A stretch of DNA of 64,000 bases from Candidatus Eiseniibacteriota bacterium (GTDB taxonomy: Bacteria > Eisenbacteria > RBG-16-71-46 > CAIMUX01): the NCBI GenBank assembly GCA_041390305.1, contig JAWKQE010000014.1, forward strand, positions 100,693-164,692. Reading direction: 5' to 3'. Positions 49,776 through 58,856 of the stretch are shown piece by piece. Made by a program: the position numbers and the translations under genes. Position 1 is the first letter of the stretch. Every line of letters begins with the position of its first letter. Under the pieces are notes generated by a model, which had not been told where the DNA came from, did no database searches, and saw only the letters and a list, made by a program, of their open reading frames with translations.

Positions 49776-50969
49776 TTATCGGGCCAGGTTCTCGAAGAGA
49801 CCGGCCGCGCCCATTCCGCCTCCGACGCACATGCTGACGATCCCGTAGCGCGCGCCGCGTCGACGCATTTCGTGGAGCAACGTCGCCGTGAGTTTGGCAC
49901 CGGTCGCTCCGAGCGGATGTCCCAGCGCGATTGCGCCGCCGTTCACGTTGACCTTGTCGTCGGGAATCCCGAGCGCCCGCGCCACATAGACCGCCTGGCT
50001 CGCGAACGCTTCGTTGATCTCGAAGAGGTCCACGTCCTCGATCGCAACCTGTACCTTGTCCAGGAGCTTCGGAATCGCCGCCACCGGGCCGATCCCCATG
50101 ATTTCCGGCGCGACGCCCGCGACCTGGTAGCCAACGAGGCGGGCCAATGGTGTCAGGCCGAGTGCCTCCGCCTTTGCACGCGTCATGAGCAGGGTCGCGG
50201 CGGCTCCATCCGAAGTCTGGGAGCTGTTCCCCGCCGTCACCGACCCTCCGAGCCGGAAGGCCGGGCGGAGTTTGGCCAGTGCTTCCATCGACGTGTCCGC
50301 ACGTGGCCCCTCGTCCACCGAGACCACCGTCTCCTTCACCTCGACCTTGCCGTTCTTGCCGGGTGACTTGCTCTTCACGGTGACGGGAACGATCTCTTCG
50401 TCGAACCGGTGAGCCGCCTGGGCCGCGATCGCCTTCTGGTGGCTCTGGAACGCGAAGGCGTCCTGCTCCTCCCGCGAGACCTCGAACTGGACGGCGACGT
50501 TCTCCGCCGTGAACCCCATGCCGAGGTACGCGTCCGGAAGCTCGCGCACGAGGTCCGGATTGGGCGAAAACGCGAACCCTTCCATCGGGACGAGGCTCAT
50601 CGACTCCGTCCCGCCCGCCAGTACGACCTCCGCCTGCCCGGTCACGATCCGGTCACACGACTGTGCGATGGTCTGGAGACCGCTCGAGCAGAACCGGTTC
50701 ACCGTCATCCCCGGCACGTCGAACGGGAACCCGGCGCGGAGAAGCGCGAGTCGCGCCACGTTGAGCCCCTGTGGACCCTCCGGAATCGCGCACCCGAGCA
50801 CGACGTCATCGATCTTTCCTGGCTCGAGCCCCGGTGCCTTCGCGACCAGCGCCCGCAGGACCGTCGCGGCGAGGTCATCCGGACGGGTCTCGCGGAACGC
50901 CCCGCGAAAGGCCTTCCCGACCGGCGTCCTCAGTGCCTCAACGATGACCGGTTCGTTCTCTTTGGACAT
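49776..50969 (-). CDS. acetyl-CoA C-acyltransferase (thiolase)
   Basis: Active-site Cys context [10 protein letters not shown] and the C-terminal [18 protein letters not shown] ... CVGGGMGAA. 397 aa. Confidence 0.85.
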   Translation of the reverse strand: MSKENEPVIVEALRTPVGKAFRGAFRETRPDDLAATVLRALVAKAPGLEPGKIDDVVLGCAIPEGPQGLNVARLALLRAGFPFDVPGMTVNRFCSSGLQTIAQSCDRIVTGQAEVVLAGGTESMSLVPMEGFAFSPNPDLVRELPDAYLGMGFTAENVAVQFEVSREEQDAFAFQSHQKAIAAQAAHRFDEEIVPVTVKSKSPGKNGKVEVKETVVSVDEGPRADTSMEALAKLRPAFRLGGSVTAGNSSQTSDGAAATLLMTRAKAEALGLTPLARLVGYQVAGVAPEIMGIGPVAAIPKLLDKVQVAIEDVDLFEINEAFASQAVYVARALGIPDDKVNVNGGAIALGHPLGATGAKLTATLLHEMRRRGARYGIVSMCVGGGMGAAGLFENLAR

Positions 50970-51089
50970 CCTCGATCCCTTCTCTAGCGTCCCGTATCCT
51001 GCTTGCGCCTGATTCCTTCGCCCCGCGTCCCTGGGCTTCGTCCGTCGCCCGGCCCCCTGGCCTCGGCATCGGCATCCTCGGCCCGCGCT

Positions 51090-53597
51090 CTAGTTCCGGA
51101 GCGGCTTCCCCGTCTTGAGGATGTGCTCCATCCGGGCCAGGGTCCGGTTGTCTTCGCAGAGAGCGAGGAACGCCTCACGCTCGAGGTCGAGCAGATACTG
51201 TTCGCTCACGCGCGTGCCGGCGGACACTTCGCCTCCGCACAGCACCCAGGCGAGCTTGTCCCCCAGCACGTGGTCGTACTCGGTGATGTAACCGCTCGCC
51301 CGCATGTTGTGGAGGCCGGCCCGGATCTTTGCGAGGCCGGGTTCGCCCACGACCCGAATGTCCTCGAGTGGACGTCCGGCATCGAATCCGGCGATGTCCA
51401 GCGCGAGTACGTTCTGCTTCGCTTCGTAGATCCGGTGGTCCCGGTTCAGCACGACGACGTCGTCGTTCGCGAGGTAGCCGAGATCCTTCGCCTCGACGCC
51501 GCTCGTCGCGACCTTGGCCATGCCGACCGTTTCGAAAGCACGACGCAGGAACGGGAAGAGGTCGACATCGACTCCGTCCGGAACGGAGAGATGGACGCGT
51601 CGCACCCATTCCTTGCATCCACCGCCCGCGGGAATGACACCGGCGCCGAGTTCGACGAGGCCGATGTACGTCTCCGCATCCGCGACGACCCGGTTCGCCG
51701 CGAGCGTGACTTCGCATCCACCGCCCAGGGTCAGCCCGTGTGGAGCGACCACGACCGGGCGACTGCTGTAGCGGATCCGCTGGTTGACGTTCTGGAAGCG
51801 GCGGACCATCCAGTCGACGTCGTCGTAGTTCTCGTCGTCGATCTCGTTGAGGATGAGGAGGAGGTTCGCGCCGACGGAGAAGTTGTCTGCCTCGTTCGCG
51901 ATGACGAGCCCCCGCCAGCTCTCCTCGACGATCCCGACGCTCTTCTCGATCGCCTCGATGAGGCCGGGACCGATCGTGTTCATCTTCGTGTGGAACTCGA
52001 GACAGGCGACGTCGTCACCGAGATCCACGAGCGAAGCGTCCGCGCTTTCCCAGACGACGCCCCGCGACGCCCGGTCCGCCGAGCTGCTCGCCGTGCCCGC
52101 CGCTTTGAGGTCATCGAGCCGGAGCACCTTCGCCCCGAACGGGACCGGCTTCATCGACCCGCCTGCGTTCGCGGAACCCCAGTCGAAGTAGAGCGGCGTG
52201 CCACCCTCGCGTCCGTAGAACCGTCCCCCGTTCGCGAGGACGGCCTGCACGAGCGGCGGGAGTTCCGCGCCCTCCTTCTCCATCCGGCGACTGGACGCTT
52301 CGACTCCGATCGCATCCCAGATCTCGAACGGACCCATCTCCCAGCCGAAGCCCCAGCGGAGCGCGCGGTCGACGTTGACGATGTCGTCCGAGATCTCCGG
52401 AAGCCGTCCGGCCGCGTAGAGGAGTGTCTGGGAGAGGTTCTCCCAGAGGAACGCGCCGCCCCGATCCTTCGCCTTCATGAACGAGACGAGACGGTCGCCC
52501 AGGTTCTCCAGGTTCTTGCCGATCTCGAGCGACGGAATTGCGACCTTGCCCTGCGGCACGTGCTCCATCGATGCGGGATCGAGCATCAGGATCTCGGACT
52601 TGCCGTCCGCGCCCTTGGCCTTCTTGTAGAAACCGGCCCCGGCCTTCTCGCCGAGCCACTTCTTCTCCAGCATCCCCTGGACGAACGCGGGCGGCACGAA
52701 GAGATCCCGCGCCGGGTCGTCCGGGAGGCTGTCGTACATGTTCTTCGAAACGTGGAGGAGCGTGTCGAGCCCGACCAGGTCCGCGGTCCGGAAGGTCGCG
52801 CTCTTGGGCCGACCGATCGCCTTGCCGGTCAGTCTGTCGACTTCCGCGATCGTGTACTGCTTCTCCACCATCAGCTTCACGGCGTGGAGGAGACCGAAGG
52901 TCCCGATCCGGTTCGCGATGAAGTTCGGGGTGTCCTTCGCGTGGACGACGCCCTTCCCGAGCACGTCCTCGCCGAACGCGGCCATCCGCGCGTAGACCGC
53001 GGGGTCGGTCAGCGGACCAGGCACGAGCTCGAGGAGGTGCAGATAGCGCGGCGGATTGAAGAAGTGCGTGACGAGGAATCGGGATCGGAGCGCTTCCGGC
53101 AGGCAGTCGGAGAGCGACTGCACGGAGAGGCCGGAGGTGTTGCTCGAGAGAATCGCGTGGTCCGCGACGTGCGGCGCGATCCTTTCGTAGAGCGAGCGTT
53201 TGATGTCCAGGTTCTCGACGACCGCCTCGACGATCCAGTCGACGTTCGCGAGCGCTCCCGCGTCGTCGTCGAAGTTCCCGGGGCGCACGAGGGAACGCAG
53301 GCGCGGGCTGAAGAACGACGCGGGCTTCGCCTTGAGCGCTCGTTCGAGTCCACGGATCGCGAACCGGTTCGCGAGGCGAGGATCCCCCGGACCGATCCCC
53401 TGTTTGGCATCGAGTTCGTCCGGCTCGGTGGACTTCATGTCGAGAAGGAGGCAGGGGATTCCGGCGTTCGCCAGGTGCGCCGCGATCGCGGCTCCCATCA
53501 CTCCGGCCCCCAAAACCGCCGCGCTGCCGATCGGCTTCTCCTTGGTCACGTCAGGCTCCTTCCGCGTGCCGTCGACTTCGTCCGCGGTCTGGGTCAT
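51090..53597 (-). CDS. bifunctional 3-hydroxyacyl-CoA dehydrogenase / enoyl-CoA hydratase (FadN-like domain order)
   Basis: N-terminal Rossmann fold AVLGAGVMGAAIAAHLANAG, then 3HCDH domains, then a C-terminal crotonase fold. The start is uncertain (Met 53597 or Met 53660). Confidence 0.75.
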   Translation of the reverse strand: MTQTADEVDGTRKEPDVTKEKPIGSAAVLGAGVMGAAIAAHLANAGIPCLLLDMKSTEPDELDAKQGIGPGDPRLANRFAIRGLERALKAKPASFFSPRLRSLVRPGNFDDDAGALANVDWIVEAVVENLDIKRSLYERIAPHVADHAILSSNTSGLSVQSLSDCLPEALRSRFLVTHFFNPPRYLHLLELVPGPLTDPAVYARMAAFGEDVLGKGVVHAKDTPNFIANRIGTFGLLHAVKLMVEKQYTIAEVDRLTGKAIGRPKSATFRTADLVGLDTLLHVSKNMYDSLPDDPARDLFVPPAFVQGMLEKKWLGEKAGAGFYKKAKGADGKSEILMLDPASMEHVPQGKVAIPSLEIGKNLENLGDRLVSFMKAKDRGGAFLWENLSQTLLYAAGRLPEISDDIVNVDRALRWGFGWEMGPFEIWDAIGVEASSRRMEKEGAELPPLVQAVLANGGRFYGREGGTPLYFDWGSANAGGSMKPVPFGAKVLRLDDLKAAGTASSSADRASRGVVWESADASLVDLGDDVACLEFHTKMNTIGPGLIEAIEKSVGIVEESWRGLVIANEADNFSVGANLLLILNEIDDENYDDVDWMVRRFQNVNQRIRYSSRPVVVAPHGLTLGGGCEVTLAANRVVADAETYIGLVELGAGVIPAGGGCKEWVRRVHLSVPDGVDVDLFPFLRRAFETVGMAKVATSGVEAKDLGYLANDDVVVLNRDHRIYEAKQNVLALDIAGFDAGRPLEDIRVVGEPGLAKIRAGLHNMRASGYITEYDHVLGDKLAWVLCGGEVSAGTRVSEQYLLDLEREAFLALCEDNRTLARMEHILKTGKPLRN

Positions 53598-53718
53598 TCC
53601 GCCCCAGACAGGCTTCTCGGCCGGGCAGACGAAGTCGTCCTTGCGACGGGTGGAGTCCATCGGGTGCCGAGGCGGCCGCCGCTTGCGCGCGCTCGGCCTC
53701 CCTCAGCTGGCGGGGCTC

Positions 53719-55435
53719 TCAGCCCGTCGGCTTCCCTTCCCTATCGGCTTCCTGCTTCGCGATCTCCTCATCCCGCAGCGTTCTACGGAGAAGTTTCAAC
53801 ACGGAGCTACGCGGCAACTCGTCCCGGAACTCGACCAGACGAGGGATCTTGTAGGACGCCAGATTCTCGCGGCAGTAGGCAGTAACTTCCTCCGCAGACA
53901 GGCTCCGTCCGGGATGAAGGACGATGAACGCTTTCACCGTCTCGCCCCGCCGTGGATCAGGAACCCCGATCGTGCAGGACTCGAGGACGTCCGGGTGCAT
54001 GGACAGCACCTGATCGATCTCGTCGGGGTAGATGTTGTAGCCGGACGCGAGGATCATGTCCTTCTTCCGCCCGACGATCCGGAAGTAGCCCTCGTCGTCC
54101 ATGACCGCGAGGTCTCCAGTCTTGAACCAACCGTCCGTGCCGAACGCCTCGGCGGTCTCGTCGTCCCGGTTCCAGTATCCGGGCATCACCTGCGGACCGC
54201 GGATCCAGACCTCGCCGACATCACCCACGGGAACGTCGTCGGTTCCCGTTTCCACGTCGACCAATCGAACATCGGTGTTCGGAATCGGGATCCCGATCGT
54301 CCCGATCTTCCGCTTCCCCTTGATCGGGTTCACGGTAGCGACCGGAGACGTCTCCGTCAGCCCATATCCTTCGAGCAACACCGTTCCCGTGAGGCGTTCG
54401 AACTCCTGCTGGATGTCGAGCGGCATCGGCGCGGAGCCCGAAAAGCTGTAGTGGATCGAGCGGAGGTCCTTCTTCTCGATCCCAGGGAACCGGTTGATCG
54501 ACCCGAACATCGCCGGCACGGCGGGAAGGAGCGTGACCTTTCGCGCGACCAACGTCTTCACGACCGAAGCGATGTCTCTCGGATTCGCGACGAGCGCCAT
54601 CTCCGCCGCGATGTAGGTGGAGAGACACGCGACGACGGTCACGCCGAAGATGTGGAAGAACGGCAGCGCACCGAGGAGCACCTCCTCTCCGTCCTTCATC
54701 GCCGAGAACCACTGCCGGATCTGCTGCGTGTTGTAGGAGAGGTTCCGCTGGGTCAGCATCGCCGCCTTCGAGACTCCGGTCGTCCCACCGGTGTACTGGA
54801 GGAGCGCCAGGTCGTCCATTTCGATGTCGACGTGCGGAGGCGTCGGAGGCGTCCCGTCGACCAGCGGCCGGAAGTGATGGGATCCCCGGGCCCGGCTCGA
54901 TCTTCGCGATGAGCGGAGGTTCCGCCCTCTTCAGCTTGAGCGGCGCGAGCTGTTTGAGCGGGAACCGGAGGTACTCGGGAGCCGACGCGATGATGTACTC
55001 GCGCACCGGAAGCTGTTCCCGGATCCCCCGGAGCTTCTGGTCGTAGATGAAGTCCGCGACGATCGCGTGCTCGCAACCCGCGTCGATCCATTGGTGCTCG
55101 ATCTCCCGGGGCACATAGAGCGGATTCGTCATCACGGCCTGCGCGCCGAGCCGCTGGACGGCGAAGAAGGAGATCACCGACTGGGGTGTATTCGGGAGCT
55201 GCACGGCCACCCGAGAGTTCTTCTCGACCCCGAGCTGGGAGAGGGCTGTCGCGAGCCGGTCGACCTTGTCCGACAGCTCGGCGTAGGTCATCACCATGTT
55301 GAGGAAGGAGAGCGCCGGCCGGTGCCCGAAGTTCCTGGCCGCGTTGGTGACGAAATCGCGCAGGGTCAGCTCCCGGAAGTGAACCTCCGGTGAGACCTCG
55401 GGATCATACGCCTGATGCCAGACCCGGCTTTCCAA
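53719..55435 (-). pseudogene. fadD: long-chain-fatty-acid--CoA ligase, one frameshift near 54880-54895
   Basis: The N-terminal part is ORF 54221..55435, readable up to ...LIAKIEPGPG. The rest continues as HHFRPLVDGTPPTPPHVDIEMDDLALLQYTGGTTGVSKAAMLT... in ORF 53719..54819. The junction lies in gggatccccgggcccgg. Confidence 0.75.
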
Positions 55436-55586
55436 CCCGCTGGACCTCCTCTACCCGACCCGCCGGCTTCCGTCTCACCAGAGTATCGGCCAGAACCGGG
55501 TCTGATGTCAGGGAGAAGATCGTCGGTGGACGGCGCGCCCCATCCGCGTCAACCCGCGACTCGTGACGAACGTCGACGAGCCGGCG

Positions 55587-57795
55587 CTACCTTACGATTC
55601 GGACGCTCCCCGTCGCGGTGCCCAGCGCTCCGGTCCATCGGAAGTAGACGATGCCCGATGGAACGTCACGCCCCGCGGCATCCCGGCCGTCCCACGAGAC
55701 CGTTCGGCCCGTCGGATCGTTCGTCGTGAGACGCCGCAACCGTCGGCCATCTGGGGCGAGGATCTCGATGACCGTGGACGCCTGGCGCGAGGATGACGGG
55801 ACGGTCATCGCGGACGATCCCTCGAGAGTCAAGCGCACCGGTCCGAACGCCGGATTCGGGACGGACTGGAGGCGTAGCACGCTTCGGGGTATCCCGACCA
55901 CGTCGGGCAGCGCGGCCGGAGCGCAGGGACGACCGAAGACGTAGAGCGCCTCGTCGTCGGACACGTAGACGCGGTCACCTGCCCCCGCGACACCGAGAAC
56001 ACCACCTCCCGCGGGAGGCACGCCGCCAAACTCGTACTCGACCCCGCCCGACACGTCGAACGAGTGGAACCCACCGGCCCACGAGTAGAGAGAGCCACCC
56101 GGTTCGGCGTAGAGACCGCCGGAGGCGAATCCGGAGGCCCCCTCCTCGTCGACCAATGCCAAGTTCGACGCATTCCGTCGAGACAGGAACGTGCGACCTC
56201 CGAGAAACAGAGACCCATCCGCCACGAGCATCGCGCCGGGCCGATCGATTCCGTGGATCGGTGCATCGGCTCTGAACACGGGATTCTCGGGATCGGAGAC
56301 GTCGTATCGAAAGAGCGTGATGTTCCCCTCGAACTCGTCCGTGAAGTAGACGTCCATTCCGTTCGCCGTGGTAATGCCCTCGGGAGAAAAACCTGGCAGC
56401 TCCGCAACGCCGAGGACGGTGGGCGAGGATGGATCGCTCACGTCGAGCGTCGTCAGCTCGGTGAAGTCGACGGTGTAGACACGACTGCCCGCCGCAATGA
56501 CCTGCGATCCGAACGAACCCGAAACGCTCCCCACGACCACCGGATCGTACGGATCCGAGAGATCGACGACATCGAACCCACCCTGGCGGCTGAGGTACGC
56601 GTACCCGTTCGCGACCGCGAGCGTACGTGTGGTCGGGAACGTGAGCGAGGTGACTTCGACCGGAGCCCACGGATCCGTGACGAGAAGGACTTACCGCACT
56701 CGGGAAACGGGCGCCAGGAACTCGTTCCCTCCGACATCGAAGGTGTGGAGATCCGGGCTCCGGCCCACGCGGAAACGCTGCGAGTGGCGCAGCGTTCGTT
56801 CCGGAGTTCAACCGCAGCGCTTGAAGACGGCTTCCCCCAGCTACGTACGCAACGCCGTCGAGGAATGCAGCCCCGCCGAGACTCGCATCGGGAAACGCGC
56901 CTCTCCGTTCGAGCTGGCTCGGGTCCGTCGCATCCACCCAGACGAGGAGTCCGTTCACACTGACGCCCAGATGGTCACCGAGGACCTCGATGCTCCCCGC
57001 CCTCCCCGTGTCGAGGAAATCGAGTTGTTGCGGGGCCCCCGGCGTCGATACGTCGAAGCTGACGACTCCGCCGGGATCGGTGGTCGCGAAGAGCGTGTTC
57101 CCCCTCACCGCCAGCCGTTTCACCTCTCCGGGCAAACCCGACACTTGTGCAACGAAGACCGGACTGGCCGGCACGCTCACATCGTAGACGTCGATGGCGG
57201 AGACGTACCCCCCAACGTAGAGATACGAGCCCGACACAGCGACCGATTGCGCGTCCACCGTCAGCGAGCCGACCGCCGTAGGGTCGGATGGATCCGAGAC
57301 GTCGACGACCAGAAGTCCGCTCGATTGCGTGATGTAGAGAAAATCGCCGGACTTCGCGACCTGCCCCACGAACCCGAGGAACGCGGACCCAACCGCATCG
57401 ATGGAGCCGTCCGTTCCGACGAAGTAGATGCCGAGCTCGCTGCTCCCGACCGCGTACGCAAACGCACCGTCGGAGATCAGATCACCGTACTGCGTACCGG
57501 AGGCCCGATCTATCTGGACCAAGCTCCCGGGATCGACGACGGCAAAGGAGTAGACCCAACCATCGGTCGCCCCGAGCACGTACCCGCGGGCCTCCGTGGC
57601 TAGGTTGAAAGCGTCATACGAGCCTTCTCCGAACGGTGGGTAGTGCGTGTAGTCGATTCCAGACAGCCACTCGACGTGGCCATCGGTACCGTCGCACGCC
57701 GCGGTCGCAGTAGCCGGCGGAGAAACCGTGAGGACAGTGAAGGCGAGAAACGCGAGCGCGACTCGCACAGCAATGGGGTAGACCTTCCGGAGCAT
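55587..57795 (-). pseudogene. LVIVD-repeat beta-propeller surface protein with T9SS-type C-terminal domain; frameshift (~56755-56775) and in-frame TAA (56691-56693)
   Basis: Signal peptide MLRKVYPIAVRVALAFLAFTVLTVSPPATATA. It has repeated ...VVDVSDPSDPTAV / VYDVSVPASPVFV / VDATDPSQ / LDVSDPSSPTVL / YDVSDPENPVF units. The C-terminus (PNPAFGPVRLTL...GIVYFRWTG...VRIVR) is in ORF 55587..56540. The linking segment SPDLHTFDVGGNEFLAPVSRVR*VLLVTDPWAPVEV contains a stop. Confidence 0.7.
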
Positions 57796-58072
57796 AGGTT
57801 CCCTCCCGGTTCAGGATACTCTGAGGGGCTTCGACAGGACAGGGTCGTGCGGGAGGGGGAACCGCGCACCGAGACGGTAACAGAAGTGCCGGCGCCAGAC
57901 CACGGGAGGAGCCCGCGTCCTCGGTCGAAGTCACGCTCCCTAGGCCGATTCGGATGGCTGGACCGAACCGACGAAGTGAGGGCACCGTGCATCCCTACCC
58001 GGTGTCACTCCGTCATCGAAGTTGGAGAGAGGAAACCCCCACCCGGTTTTCCGATCGAAGCTCGGGAGAGTC

Positions 58073-58744
58073 CCGGCGATCCAAGGGCTGAGCCGACGCT
58101 GCGCGTGTGTGGCTGAGCCGCCGGGCTCGCAACTGCCAAACGTTCCCCAGGCTCCCGCCGATTCGCAGGGCCAGGACAACTGTGTCACCTCTGCGCTCGC
58201 CGGCCGGGGACGGTCACTCCACAACGTCAACCGGGTGCCCGCCGACCGGAAGCAGCTCCTCCACAGTGGCAGCTCGCCGCGCGGCAAGCCGCCGCAACGA
58301 TTCCGAAACGTCACCTCGCCACTCGGCGGGCGGCGGCAGCAGGTCAACAACGTAACCTCGGCGCCCACTGAACGGGGTCAATGGGGCAGAGGTGTCACCG
58401 GCGGGCCTGCCGACCGCGACTACGGGGTCAGAAGTGTTGCCTCGGGATCCGTCGACCGGAGGTGCCGATTCCACACTTTCACTGGGGAGCCCGTCGACCG
58501 GAGGTACCGATTCCACACTTTCACCGGGGGGCTCGCCGAGCGGAGCCAGCGACTTCGGAGTTTCACCGGGGGGCCCGCCAAGCGGCGACGGCGATTCCAT
58601 AGTCTCACCGGGAGACCCGCCGACCGGTGGTAGCGATTCGACAGTGTCGCCCAAGGCGCCGCTGACCCGCCGCGGCGGTTCGACAATGCAACCCAAGGCG
58701 TCGCCGCTCCGCTGGAATCCGGCTTGACACTACTCGTTTGCACG
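58073..58744. repeat. degenerate tandem array, about 15-16 units of exactly 42 bp
   Basis: With unit starts at 58073 + 42n, I see no register change through ~58702. Approximate consensus is GCCGACCGG-N5-GCGATTCCACA-NN-GTCACCGGGG-N-CCC. The best-conserved adjacent pair is 58451-58492 and 58493-58534, with 4 differences. The array lies in the 1,060-bp gap between the divergent genes starting at 57795(-) and 58857(+). Confidence 0.8.
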
Positions 58745-58856
58745 CGGATCCTTCCCCTACGTACCGTTCATTGCGGCGGTCCTCCCTCTCCCGGGTTCCT
58801 CCGGGCCCCGCGTTTCCCCAACGGCGCTGGCCAGGCCAGTCCACGAGGTAACGCAT

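Noticed and set aside
58022-58696. Calling ORFs inside the array (58022..58633+, 58392..58727+, 58214..58696-, 58420..58743-) as genes.
   Set aside because: Several frames on both strands are open at once. None has an ATG with a convincing SD. The GC3 signal is intermediate and the units are not independent samples. I report this as a finding instead.
58073-58744. CRISPR array interpretation of the 42-bp repeats.
   Set aside because: The 42-bp period is too short for repeat plus spacer. Every unit is a diverged copy of the same sequence with no unique spacers, and no cas genes are nearby.
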